Assembly: GCA_964573935.1 (NCBI GenBank)
Contig: CAZNLO010000001.1
Span: forward strand, 13,571-77,570
Source of the DNA: an uncultured Parvibaculum sp.
GTDB taxonomy: Bacteria > Pseudomonadota > Alphaproteobacteria > Parvibaculales > Parvibaculaceae
Direction: 5' to 3'
Length of the DNA: 64,000 bases
Shown: piece after piece, positions 54,737 through 64,000 of the stretch
How the letters are laid out: the number at the start of each line of letters is the position of its first letter
Numbering within the stretch: position 1 is the stretch's first letter
Program-made: the position numbers and the translations under genes
The notes under the pieces: model-generated
The model's database searches: none
Told to the model about the DNA's origin: nothing
Seen by the model: only the letters and a program-made list of their open reading frames with translations

Positions 54737-57342
54737 GTGGCGGTAACCCTTCCCTCTCTCTTGCCCTTCGGTTTGCGCGGCGTGAGTTGCGGGGCGGATT
54801 GACGGGCTTTCGGGTTTTTCTCGCGTGTCTCACTCTGGGTGTTGCGGCGATTGCTGCGGTGGGTTCTGTGTCTTCTGCGTTGGTGGAGGGGTTGTCGGAG
54901 GAAGGGCAGACCATTCTAGGGGGCGATGTTTATTTTCGCCTGGTTCACCGGGAAGCGGGGGAGGAAGAGCTGGCCTTCATTTCCGAAGGGACCACGGTTT
55001 CGCGGTCTGTAGAGATGCGCGCCATGGCCGCAGCTCTCAAAACGGATGAACGCACCCTTGTGGAACTAAAAGGTGTTGACGGTCTTTATCCGCTTTACGG
55101 GGCCCTTACGCTTGATCCGCCTTTGCCTCTGACGGCTGCTCCTGATTCACCTTCGCCTCTGGCGACTGCTCCTGATTCACCTTCGCCTCTGGCGACTGTG
55201 CTTGAGGAGCGGAACGGGGTGTGGGGGACGGCGGTTGAGCCTGCGCTGATGGACCGGCTGGGACTGGATATTGGCGATGTTCTTCAGGTCGGAGATATTG
55301 AGGTTCAAGTCAGGGCCGTTATTGACCATGAGCCTGACAGGGTTGCAGGCGGGTTTGCGCTTGGGCCGCGGTTGTTTCTGAGCGATAGAGCGATGGAAGC
55401 AACGAAGCTGGTTCGTCTTGGATCGCTGGTCAATTATCACTACCGGGTGCGGTTGCCCGAAGGATCGCGGCTTAATGCTGATGTGGCCGACTGGGTGGCG
55501 GGTGTTACGGAACGTTTTCCCGATGTGGGGTGGCGTATTCAGGATCGTTCAGACAGTGCGCCAGGTGTGCGCCGCTTTGTTGAGCGTATCGCGCTGTTTT
55601 TGACGCTTGTCGGGTTGACCACGCTGGTCGTTGGTGGTGTCGGGGTGGGGAACGCCGTCAATTCCTATCTCGATAAAAAGCGCGATGTGATTGCTACCCT
55701 AAAGTGTGTTGGGGCACCGGGAGGGTTTATTTTTAACGTCTATCTCGCTCAAGTTATGGCACTCGCCGTTGTGGGGATTGTTCTGGGACTTGTGGTGGGG
55801 GGGATCACGCCCTTTTTTGTGCAGTGGGTGATTGAGGATATGTTGCCTATTCCAACCCGGTTTGCGCTTTACCCAGGTCCCCTTGTCCTGGCGGCGGGGT
55901 ATGGGTTTCTTGCTGCACTGGGCTTTGCGATCTGGCCCCTTGCCCGGGCGCGGGAGATTTCGGCGACGGGTCTGTTTCGCGATCTGGTTTCTCCGACGCG
56001 TGTCCTGCCCCGGCCAGGCTATATTGTTGCGACGGGGCTGTCCCTCCTTGCGTTGGCGGGACTTGCTATCGGCCTTGCGGACCGGCCTGATTTTGCTCTC
56101 TGGTTTGTTGTTGGCGCGGGTTTGAGTTTTGCCGGGCTTCGTTTGACGGCCAGTGGACTTATGGTATTGGCGCGCCGTGCGCCACGGTTCCGCAATCCGG
56201 AGCTTCGTCTGGCGCTTTCCAATTTGCATCGACCGGGAGCTGCGACCACGAGTGTGGTGCTGTCGCTTGGGCTGGGCCTTACATTACTGGTGACGATTTC
56301 GCTGATTGATGGAAACCTTTCGGAGCAGATTAATGGGGGGCTGCCCGACCGGGCTCCTTCGTTTTTCTTTGTGGATATCGGCCCGGAGCAGGTTGAGGGT
56401 TTTCAGGCCATCGTTAATGGAACGCCCGGTGTGGGGGCGCTTAATCTGGTGCCGATGTTGCGGGGACGCGTTGTGTCGGTGAACGATGTTGAGGTGAAAG
56501 ACATAAACCCCGCTCCTGATGTTGCCTGGATGTTGAAGGGGGATCGCGGTCTTACCTATTCCGCCGAGCTGCCTGGCGGGTCTGTGCTCGTGCAGGGCAC
56601 ATGGTGGGGCGGGGGTGGGGAGCCTGTCGGATCGCTTGTCTCCATCACGGAAGAAATGGCTCAGGGTTTTGAAATCAGTCTGGGCGACGAAATAACCGTC
56701 AATGTGCTTGGGCGCAATATTATGGCGACGGTAGCCAACACTCGCGATGTTGACTGGAGCAGTGCGGGCATCAATTTCATTTTTGTGTTTTCGCCGGAGG
56801 CTCTTCAAGGCGCGCCGCATACCAACCTGGCAACCTTGAGCATGGACGCGGAGGGCGAACTTGATTTGCAACGGGAAGTCTCCAAAGCGTTTCCCAATAT
56901 CACCATCGTGCGTGTGAAAGAGGCGCTTGAGGCCGTGAATAAACTGCTGGAGGATTTTGCGGGGGCGGTGCGGGCCACTTCGGTGGTGACGCTGGCATCC
57001 GGCATTATTGTTCTTGCTGGGGCCATGGCGGCCGGGCACAGGCGGCGGGTCTATGACGCGGTTGTACTGAAAGTTCTGGGGGCGACGCGGGGCACGATCC
57101 TACGTGCCTATGTCTGGGAGTATGCGTTGTTGGGTTTGGGAACGGCCATCGTGGCGGCTTTGGCGGGAACCCTTTCCGCCTGGCTGGTGATTGTGCTGGT
57201 GATGCAGGCACCGTGGTCTTTTTTGCCGGTGACGCTGGGGCTGACGGTGGGGGGGGCCACAATCGTGACGGTGGCCCTTGGGCTGATGGGTACATGGAAT
57301 GCGCTGTCCGCCAAGGCCGCCCCGGTTCTACGGGCGCAGTGA
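54733..57342 (+). CDS. FtsX-like ABC permease (YbbP-like)
   Basis: ARRELRGG, LGGD, LKCVGA, FFFVDI, GINF and LKVLGA; duplicated FtsX architecture. Confidence 0.93.
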   Translation: MSGGNPSLSLALRFARRELRGGLTGFRVFLACLTLGVAAIAAVGSVSSALVEGLSEEGQTILGGDVYFRLVHREAGEEELAFISEGTTVSRSVEMRAMAAALKTDERTLVELKGVDGLYPLYGALTLDPPLPLTAAPDSPSPLATAPDSPSPLATVLEERNGVWGTAVEPALMDRLGLDIGDVLQVGDIEVQVRAVIDHEPDRVAGGFALGPRLFLSDRAMEATKLVRLGSLVNYHYRVRLPEGSRLNADVADWVAGVTERFPDVGWRIQDRSDSAPGVRRFVERIALFLTLVGLTTLVVGGVGVGNAVNSYLDKKRDVIATLKCVGAPGGFIFNVYLAQVMALAVVGIVLGLVVGGITPFFVQWVIEDMLPIPTRFALYPGPLVLAAGYGFLAALGFAIWPLARAREISATGLFRDLVSPTRVLPRPGYIVATGLSLLALAGLAIGLADRPDFALWFVVGAGLSFAGLRLTASGLMVLARRAPRFRNPELRLALSNLHRPGAATTSVVLSLGLGLTLLVTISLIDGNLSEQINGGLPDRAPSFFFVDIGPEQVEGFQAIVNGTPGVGALNLVPMLRGRVVSVNDVEVKDINPAPDVAWMLKGDRGLTYSAELPGGSVLVQGTWWGGGGEPVGSLVSITEEMAQGFEISLGDEITVNVLGRNIMATVANTRDVDWSSAGINFIFVFSPEALQGAPHTNLATLSMDAEGELDLQREVSKAFPNITIVRVKEALEAVNKLLEDFAGAVRATSVVTLASGIIVLAGAMAAGHRRRVYDAVVLKVLGATRGTILRAYVWEYALLGLGTAIVAALAGTLSAWLVIVLVMQAPWSFLPVTLGLTVGGATIVTVALGLMGTWNALSAKAAPVLRAQ
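55126..55198 (+). repeat. About 2.4 copies of a 30-bp in-frame tandem repeat
   Basis: CCTCTGACGGCTGCTCCTGATTCACCTTCG / CCTCTGGCGACTGCTCCTGATTCACCTTCG / CCTCTGGCGACTG. Confidence 0.92.
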
Positions 57343-57477
57343 ATAAGGCCCAAATGTGGCTAATTCCTTAAGATTGTTAAGGTTTTTCCCCTAAAAAGGG
57401 GTGAATTTACGCTTGAAACCGGACGCCAAAACACCGATATTATTTGTGGGTTTACCGATCAGAAGGATCAAAAGATT

Positions 57478-58185
57478 ATGGCTGGACTGGACCGACAACG
57501 TTTACATACGGGCGCTCGCGCTGTGGAGGTTGACGAGGGTCTGCGCGCTTACATGCTTCGCGTCTACAATTACATGTCCATTGGGCTTGCTATCACAGGC
57601 GTGGTTGCTTACGTCGCAGCCGCATCGGGCATATACGCAGCAATAGCGCAAACGCCGCTCGTCTGGGTGATGATGCTGGCGCCGCTTGGCTTTGTGTTCT
57701 TTCTTTCAGCGCGCATTCATAAAATGAGTGCGAGCGCTGCACAGACCACTTTCTGGGTATTTGCTCTTCTGATGGGCTTGTCGCTTGGTTTCGTCTTCCT
57801 CGCATATACCGGGGAAAGCGTGGTAACGACCTTTTTTGTGACGGCTGCCGCCTTTGGCTCGCTTAGCCTTTACGGGTATACGACCAAGCGTGATTTATCC
57901 GGGATGGGGTCTTTCATGATGATGGGCCTTTTCGGGATCATCATCGCCATGGTTGTGAACATTTTCCTGGGTAGCCCGGCATTGCAGTTTGTAATCTCGG
58001 TGCTCGGTGTGTTGATTTTTGCTGGCCTCACAGCCTGGGATACGCAGTCAATCAAGAATATGTATGCCGAGGCGGATGGCTCGGAAGTCGCGGCTAAAAA
58101 AGCCATTATGGGTGCGCTTCGCCTCTACCTTGACTTCATCAACATGTTTTTGTTCATGCTGCATTTCCTTGGTAACAGGAATTAG
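57478..58185 (+). CDS. Bax inhibitor-1/YccA family protein
   Basis: VDEGLRAYMLRVYNYM, WDTQSIK and GALRLYLDFIN motifs. Confidence 0.95.
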   Translation: MAGLDRQRLHTGARAVEVDEGLRAYMLRVYNYMSIGLAITGVVAYVAAASGIYAAIAQTPLVWVMMLAPLGFVFFLSARIHKMSASAAQTTFWVFALLMGLSLGFVFLAYTGESVVTTFFVTAAAFGSLSLYGYTTKRDLSGMGSFMMMGLFGIIIAMVVNIFLGSPALQFVISVLGVLIFAGLTAWDTQSIKNMYAEADGSEVAAKKAIMGALRLYLDFINMFLFMLHFLGNRN

Positions 58186-58208
58186 GACTGTAAGAGCGAC
58201 TTTGTTGC

Positions 58209-58248
58209 AAACCCCGGCTCCCGCATAGGGATGCCGGGGTTTTTCTTT
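58209..58248. terminator. Terminator between BI-1 and DUF2794
   Basis: AAACCCCGGC/GCCGGGGTTT stem plus T tract. Confidence 0.85.
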
Positions 58249-58284
58249 GCGTTTTTGACGGTTTTGTTAAAGCCGTAAACGCTC

Positions 58285-58698
58285 TCAATCGACCAGCCTG
58301 AGTTTGCGTTTCTCCAGAACTTTCAGCACCTGGGTGAGATCGTGGCCGCGCTTCAAAACGGCGCCAGATGCGGCGACCACCTGATAAGTCCCCTGCTTGC
58401 GCGAAAGCTTGGGCTGCTTTTCGATCCTGAAAAGAGGGACTTCGCTGGCGCGACGAAAGACGGAAAAGACCGCCCGGTCTTTCAAGGCGTCGATGGCATA
58501 GTCGCGCCACTCGGCGGCGGCGACTTTGCGTCCATAGACGTTCAGAATGGCGTTGAGTTCGCGCCTGTTCCAGGAAACCTCCGGGGGGGCTTTGGCCGTA
58601 TTCAGAAGATACCCGTTTGCGATGACCCTGAAAGAAGGGTCGGGGGCTCCCTGCTGGGAGCTTTGGCGCGGGGGGTTTAGGAAGGTTGGCTTGCTCAT
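58285..58698 (-). CDS. DUF2794 domain protein
   Basis: RRELNAILNVYGRKVAAAEWRDYAID and LKRGHDL motifs. Confidence 0.92.
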   Translation of the reverse strand: MSKPTFLNPPRQSSQQGAPDPSFRVIANGYLLNTAKAPPEVSWNRRELNAILNVYGRKVAAAEWRDYAIDALKDRAVFSVFRRASEVPLFRIEKQPKLSRKQGTYQVVAASGAVLKRGHDLTQVLKVLEKRKLRLVD

Positions 58699-58882
58699 CG
58701 CCTAAATGATCGCTCGTGCGGGGCTTTTTGACAAGGCTCTTTGGGGCAGATGGGTGTTGCTGCAAAGCAGACATGAGAGAGCTGCCTGTGCCTTTTGGTG
58801 CAAATTTTTCCGAAGGGGCAGAAATCACAATCTTGCCTCTTTTCAGCCCTTGGTCGGTCACAAGCGGTTTCTATCTTTCAAT

Positions 58883-59049
58883 TGTTGCCTCACTGGCCCG
58901 GCCTTGAAAGTCTCCGGTTCTTTCAGCCCCCCAGCCCCCCGGAAACGTCGGGGCCGGGCCACCCCTCCTCCTCCCCTCACCCTCCCGTCACAGGGAGGGA
59001 TGTGAGGCAGCTTCTACAAAGGGTGATCCCTCATTGGTTCACCCTTTTT
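58883..59049 (+). ncRNA. Candidate structured sRNA with anti-SD (CCUCCUCCUCCC) motif
   Basis: Stems 58895-58901/58954-58960, TGAAAG/CTTTCA and CCCCG/CGGGG; single-stranded CCCCTCCTCCTCCCC; hairpin; terminator AAAGGGTGA/TCACCCTTT-TT; upstream CTTGGT-N16-CTATCT. Confidence 0.55.
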
Positions 59050-59297
59050 CGTGTCTGGCAACGGTCAGGGGGCACAGGTCAGGCGGTTTACCAAGGTGAC
59101 CGATTGTTTACTTGAAGCCCCCTTGTTTGGTGTTCTATCAAGATGGCATAACGTGAGTGGGAAGGGGGCCGGAGGTTCTCTGACAGGGGCCGCCGATTGG
59201 GAGATACGTCATTACCGCATCTAAGCAGGCATCGCAGACAGAAGACGCACACCCGTCTTCTCCTTCCGGTTCCCTGGCCCCGGCCTCCGGTGGCCCG

Positions 59298-60278
59298 ATG
59301 ATCGAGATTGAGGGGCTGGTCAAAAACTTCGGTCCGTTCAGGGCTGTAGACGAGATCAGTTTCAAGGTAGCCCGTGGTGAGGTGCTTGGGTTTCTGGGCC
59401 CCAACGGGGCTGGCAAGTCCACCACAATGAAAATGATTACCGGGTTCCTTGCTCCAACCGCCGGACATATTCGGGTTTGCGGGCATGAAGTGGGGAGGGA
59501 CACGCTTGCTGCGCAACGGATGATCGGCTACCTGCCGGAGGGTGCCCCTGCGTACACGGATATGACGCCCCTCCAGTTTTTGCGGTTCATTGCAGAGGTA
59601 CGCGGCCTAAAGGGGCCTGCGGCAAAGGCGGCGATTGCGCGGTGTGTGGCGCGTACGGAAATCAATGGGGTGATGGAGCAGCCGATCGAAACGCTTTCCA
59701 AAGGGTTTCGCCGCCGGGTTGGGCTGGCGCAGGCGATTTTACATGACCCGCCCGTGCTCATTATGGATGAGCCGACCGATGGGCTTGATCCCAACCAGAA
59801 ATTTGCCGTGCGCAAACTCATTGCCGAGATGGCTCCCACCAAAGCCATTATCATTTCAACTCATATTCTTGAAGAGGTTGATGCAATTTGTAGCCGGGCG
59901 CTGATTATTGACCGTGGGCGAATTGTTGCGGACGGGACGCCGGCGGCGTTGATGGCACGCTCACGCTACCACAATGCGGTAACGCTGACGTTGAATGCTG
60001 TCCATGGAGATGAAGCGCGAAGCCTGCTTGGCGCGATTGAAGGTGTCGGGTCTGTGGAAGAAGATGGACGGGGTGGGGATATTTCCTTCACGCTTTTTGC
60101 GACTTTGTCTGAGGAGACGGATACCAGCCTTGTAGACCAGGTGGCAAAGCTTGCCCGGGAAAAGCGCTGGGGCGTGCGCACGCTTTACGGGGAGCCCGGA
60201 CGGTTGGACGAAGTGTTTCGGTCACTGACCCGTTCGGACACTGAGGTGGATGGAAGTGATGGGGAACGTGTGGCATGA
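59298..60278 (+). CDS. ABC transporter ATP-binding protein (GldA-like)
   Basis: GPNGAGKS, LSKGFRRR, DEPTDGLD and STH. Confidence 0.93.
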   Translation: MIEIEGLVKNFGPFRAVDEISFKVARGEVLGFLGPNGAGKSTTMKMITGFLAPTAGHIRVCGHEVGRDTLAAQRMIGYLPEGAPAYTDMTPLQFLRFIAEVRGLKGPAAKAAIARCVARTEINGVMEQPIETLSKGFRRRVGLAQAILHDPPVLIMDEPTDGLDPNQKFAVRKLIAEMAPTKAIIISTHILEEVDAICSRALIIDRGRIVADGTPAALMARSRYHNAVTLTLNAVHGDEARSLLGAIEGVGSVEEDGRGGDISFTLFATLSEETDTSLVDQVAKLAREKRWGVRTLYGEPGRLDEVFRSLTRSDTEVDGSDGERVA

Positions 60279-61009
60279 GAGAAACTTTTGCGATTTTTAA
60301 GCGGGAGTTTGCCGGCTATTTTGCAACCCCCCTCGCCTTTGTATTCATGATTATCTTTTTGTTCTGCGTGGGAGGGTTCACCTTTTATCTGGGCGGTCAC
60401 TTTGAGGCGGGACAGGCGAACCTCAAAGGATTTTTCCAGTTTCATCCGTGGCTCTATCTGTTCCTCATTCCGGCCATCGGGATGCGCCTGTGGGCAGAAG
60501 AGCGCCGGGTGGGAACGATTGAGCTGCTGTTGTCGCTACCCATACCGCTGTGGTCGGCGGTGCTTGGCAAGTTCCTGGCTGCCTGGGCTTTTGCGGGTCT
60601 GTCCCTGTCACTCACTTTTCCGATGTGGCTGACGGTTTCCTATCTCGGCGACCCGGACCATGGGGTAATTCTGGCAGGTTATGTCGGGTCATTTTTGATG
60701 GCGGGCGGGTATCTGGCTATCGGATCGTGCATCTCTGCGACAACACGCAACCAGGTTATTGCTTTTGTGGTCAGCGTCGCAGTCTGTTTTCTGTTTACCG
60801 TATCCGGGCTGCCTATTGTGACCGACTTTGTTGCTGTCTGGGCGCCACAAGCCGTTCTTACAACCATTGCGTCGTTTAGTTTTCTCACGCATTTTGAAGC
60901 CATTACCGAGGGTGTGATTGATCTGCGCGACATTATCTATTTTATCTCCCTGATCGGTGTCTGGCTCGTTGCCTGCGGCATTGTTGTTGATATGAAAAAG
61001 GCCGGGTAA
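60275..61009 (+). CDS. ABC-2 permease (GldF-like)
   Basis: KREFAGYFATPLAF, MRLWAEERRVGTIELL and GVIDLRD motifs. Confidence 0.92.
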   Translation: MRETFAIFKREFAGYFATPLAFVFMIIFLFCVGGFTFYLGGHFEAGQANLKGFFQFHPWLYLFLIPAIGMRLWAEERRVGTIELLLSLPIPLWSAVLGKFLAAWAFAGLSLSLTFPMWLTVSYLGDPDHGVILAGYVGSFLMAGGYLAIGSCISATTRNQVIAFVVSVAVCFLFTVSGLPIVTDFVAVWAPQAVLTTIASFSFLTHFEAITEGVIDLRDIIYFISLIGVWLVACGIVVDMKKAG

Positions 61010-61014
61010 CGCTC

Positions 61015-62958
61015 ATGGATACGCTCCTTTCCCGACGCGCTGTTTCTATTGCCACGCTTGTGCTGCTGGCGGTTTTCTTCATCGTGGTCAATCTCTTTTC
61101 CAACATTTCGTTCCGGTCAAGCCGGGTCGATTTAACGCAGAATGCGCTGTTCACACTTTCGGACGGCACGCGCAACATGCTTACGAAACTGGATGAGCCC
61201 GTGACGCTGCGCTTCTTCTTTTCTGAAGAGCTGGTGACAGATTTTCCGCGTATCCGCACCTATGGAGGGCGGGTGCGCGATCTGCTGGAAGAGATGCGCA
61301 CCTATTCGGATGGTCATCTTGTTCTTGAGGTGATCGACCCGGAACCGTTCTCAGAAGAGGAAGACCGGGCGATGTCGCTGGGGCTGAAGGGGGCGCCGAC
61401 GACGGAAGGTGAGATTATCTATTTCGGGCTTGCCGGGACCAACCTTGTGGACGGGCTTGAGGCCATTCCCTTTTTTACCGATGAACGTGAAGAATATCTG
61501 GAATATGATATTGCCCGGCTCATTCAAAATCTGACACGGCCTGAAAAACCCGTGCTGGGGATTGTTACCAACCTGCCGCTTGATACGGGTGCGGGCGGGC
61601 TTATGGCTGCGATGCGCGGCGAAAGCCAGTCCTTCATGATTTACAATGAATTGCTGGACCGCTTTTCACTGGAGTTTCTTGAGCAGGACTTTGCGCGTAT
61701 TCCCAATGTCGTGGATGTGTTGATGATTGCACACCCCAAGCCGCTCAATGATAAAACACTGTATGCCATTGACCAGTTCATGATGCGCGGCGGGCGGGCG
61801 CTTGTTTTCCTTGATCCGCACTCAGAAGTAAGCCTGACGTCCGGGCCCAACGGGCAGCCGGTGCAAGGCTATACGGAGGCCTCCGCTCTTGATGTGCTGA
61901 TGGAAAGCTGGGGGGTTGAGCTTGACCCAACTGTGGTGATCGGCGACCGGGACAACGCCCAGCGCGTGCAGGCGGGGTTTGATGCACGCCGACAACACTC
62001 GGACTATATTGCCTGGCTGGCCCTAGGGGCTGACGATATGAACCTGGATGACGTGATTAGCGCCGACATTGATCGTCTGAACCTTGGAACCACCGGCCAC
62101 CTGGTGCCTCGTGAGGGGGCTACGACCCGCTTCACGCCGGTGATGCGGTCGTCCGATGATGCGATGCTGCTGGACCTGGAGTTCATCAAAACGGGGCCGA
62201 CGCCGGACGCGCTGCTGCGCCAATTTGTTCCGACGGGGGAGCGCTATGTTATTGCGGCGCGTATCTCCGGGCCGATTGTATCGGCATTTGGAGATCAGGC
62301 CCCTGCTCTTGATGAGGAGAGCGCCGATGGTTCACCACAGGCGATTGTGGGGCCGGGCGACCATCTTGCGGCGTCGGTGGAAAATGTGAATATTATTATT
62401 GTTGCGGATAGCGAGATATTCGATGATCGGTTCTGGGTGCAGACCCAAAGCTATCTGGGTGAGAGGATCGCGCAACCAATTGCCGATAACGCCACATTCG
62501 TTCTCAATGCGATTGATAATTTGATGGGATCGGATGATCTGATTTCGCTTCGCGCGCGCGAGAAGTCGGACCGGCCCTTCCTGGTGGTGGACGCGTTGCG
62601 GCGCGCAGCGGAAGCTGACTATCTCATCCAGGAAGAGGCGCTTCAGGCAACTATTGCCGAAACGGAACGCCGTCTTGCTGAACTGCAAACCCGCGCTCCT
62701 GCCGGTGCCGAGGCATCGGAATTCCTTTCCGATCAGGAAGCTGAAGAGATACGTCTGTTCCGTGCGGAGCTTCGTCAAAGCCGAACGGCTCTTCGCGATG
62801 TGCAGCGTAACCTCAGGCGGGGAATTGAAGAGCTGGGCGCGCGCGTTCGTTTTGTCAATGTTGCGCTGGTCCCCTTGATGATAGGTGGGCTTGCGGTCGG
62901 TCTGGCACTTCTTCGTTCCCGGCGGCGCAAAGCGCGCATCGGACAGGGGAAACAATGA
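61015..62958 (+). CDS. GldG family protein
   Basis: RVDLTQNALFTLS, IDPEP, LEYDI, LMIAHP and IDQFMMRGG motifs; C-terminal coiled coil and TM helix. Confidence 0.9.
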   Translation: MDTLLSRRAVSIATLVLLAVFFIVVNLFSNISFRSSRVDLTQNALFTLSDGTRNMLTKLDEPVTLRFFFSEELVTDFPRIRTYGGRVRDLLEEMRTYSDGHLVLEVIDPEPFSEEEDRAMSLGLKGAPTTEGEIIYFGLAGTNLVDGLEAIPFFTDEREEYLEYDIARLIQNLTRPEKPVLGIVTNLPLDTGAGGLMAAMRGESQSFMIYNELLDRFSLEFLEQDFARIPNVVDVLMIAHPKPLNDKTLYAIDQFMMRGGRALVFLDPHSEVSLTSGPNGQPVQGYTEASALDVLMESWGVELDPTVVIGDRDNAQRVQAGFDARRQHSDYIAWLALGADDMNLDDVISADIDRLNLGTTGHLVPREGATTRFTPVMRSSDDAMLLDLEFIKTGPTPDALLRQFVPTGERYVIAARISGPIVSAFGDQAPALDEESADGSPQAIVGPGDHLAASVENVNIIIVADSEIFDDRFWVQTQSYLGERIAQPIADNATFVLNAIDNLMGSDDLISLRAREKSDRPFLVVDALRRAAEADYLIQEEALQATIAETERRLAELQTRAPAGAEASEFLSDQEAEEIRLFRAELRQSRTALRDVQRNLRRGIEELGARVRFVNVALVPLMIGGLAVGLALLRSRRRKARIGQGKQ

Positions 62959-64000
62959 GGATGAAACAGATGATGGATGTTCTTGGCACGCGAGGCCCTC
63001 TGCGTAATCTGCTTGTGCTTGGCGGGGTGACGCTGTTTTTCAGTGTTGCCGCCGCCATTGTTCTTACCAACCAGCGCGAGGCAACGACCGCGCAGTTTGA
63101 GCCTGTCCCTTTCTTTCCCGGTCTCTCTGAAACGGTGAACCAAGCAACACAGCTCGTCTATACGGTGGGGCTGGGCATGGAGGGCACTGCAAGCATTACG
63201 ATTGAACGTGATGCAGATGGCGTGTGGCGTGTTGGGGAGCGGGAAGGGTTTCCAGCCCGGGCTGACAAGGTACGTAAGACAATTCTGGGACTTATTGAGC
63301 TGGAGGCGTTTGAGCCGCGCACGGCCAACGCGGAATGGCACCGCAATCTCGGCCTTCTGGAACCGGAGAAAATTGGGAGTGCCGTGCGGGTGCGTCTGCT
63401 GGACAAGGATGGGAATGAACTGGCGGGGCTGCTTGCGGGGGATGTTGTGGAAACGACCACTGATATTCAGGGACGAGGGTTTTTGTATGTGCGGCGCGAT
63501 GGCGAGGCGCAGACCTGGCTGGCGCGCGGTGTGGTCACGCTTGACAAGGATGTCTCTGCCTGGCTTGAAACCGACGTGGTTTCTATCCCGCTGGACCGTA
63601 CCGCGCGTGTGAGCCTCTGGGTGGGGACGAACCAGCTTGCTGTTCTTTCGCGTTCCTCGCCGGACCATCCTAACTTTATTGTTGAGAATGTGCCCGACGG
63701 GGCAGTGTCGCGGGGGGCTCCGATTGTCAATGCAAGTGCTACGGCTTTTTCGGGGTTTGAATTTGAAGACGGTGTTCCTGTTGTGTCGATTAATTTTATC
63801 GACCCGCCGGTGGCGATCATTGAGACATTTGATGGCCTGAAACTCACGGTCACGATGGTGAGTGCTGGATCGGGCATGTGGGCGAAGTTTCTGGCGGAAG
63901 CTGACTATGATGCGTTGGGGGAAGACGGAGACCGGGCAGTGCTGGACGCAGAAGTCGCTGACATCAACACGCGTGTTGGTTCATGGGCCTATAAGTTGGA
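62955..64000 (+). CDS. DUF4340 domain protein (partial, runs off the window)
   Basis: Not in the ORF track; I read the frame from ATG 62955 (overlaps the GldG TGA) for about 140 codons: N-terminal TM, GVWRV..REGFPA..KVRK and RT.NAEWHRNLGL.EP; continuity to 64000 assumed. Confidence 0.8.
   Translation, partial: MRMKQMMDVLGTRGPLRNLLVLGGVTLFFSVAAAIVLTNQREATTAQFEPVPFFPGLSETVNQATQLVYTVGLGMEGTASITIERDADGVWRVGEREGFPARADKVRKTILGLIELEAFEPRTANAEWHRNLGLLEPEKIGSAVRVRLLDKDGNELAGLLAGDVVETTTDIQGRGFLYVRRDGEAQTWLARGVVTLDKDVSAWLETDVVSIPLDRTARVSLWVGTNQLAVLSRSSPDHPNFIVENVPDGAVSRGAPIVNASATAFSGFEFEDGVPVVSINFIDPPVAIIETFDGLKLTVTMVSAGSGMWAKFLAEADYDALGEDGDRAVLDAEVADINTRVGSWAYKL

Noticed and set aside
57361-57381. TTAAGATTGTTAA upstream of BI-1 as a CtrA box
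   Set aside because: Half-site spacing is 5 nt, not 7.

Overview
A moderately GC-rich chromosomal region of an alphaproteobacterium; gene content and order suggest Hyphomicrobiales/Parvibaculales (inference). A conserved backbone (hemC-hemD-Mic60-like-hemY; tsaD-gpsA-yciI-EVE-Rieske; yggT-folD; ppa-argG-rlmN-ialB-SpoU; thpR-tesA-ybbA-ybbP-BI-1-DUF2794; tRNA-Thr) is interspersed with accessory genes. These include lipid/acyl-CoA catabolic enzymes, a DUF1302-DUF1329-YCF48 envelope module, a TRAP transporter, two duplicated cspA genes, two c-di-GMP-domain proteins and a GldA/F/G-DUF4340 operon that runs off the right end. I saw no CRISPR array, rRNA, integrase or transposase. The most unusual signals are: (1) an unannotated locus at about 8.2-8.7 kb with two tandem 37-aa hydrophobic sORFs and anti-Shine-Dalgarno CCUC-loop hairpins; (2) two more candidate C-rich sRNAs at about 44.4 and 58.9 kb; (3) intact ORFs that have lost catalytic residues (an SGNH protein with S/N/H replaced, an SxxQ serine hydrolase with four inserted TM helices, an Arg-less Rid, a degenerate GGDEF-EAL); (4) four gene remnants, two with internal deletions that remove the active site. 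All family assignments come from motif recognition only; no searches were run.
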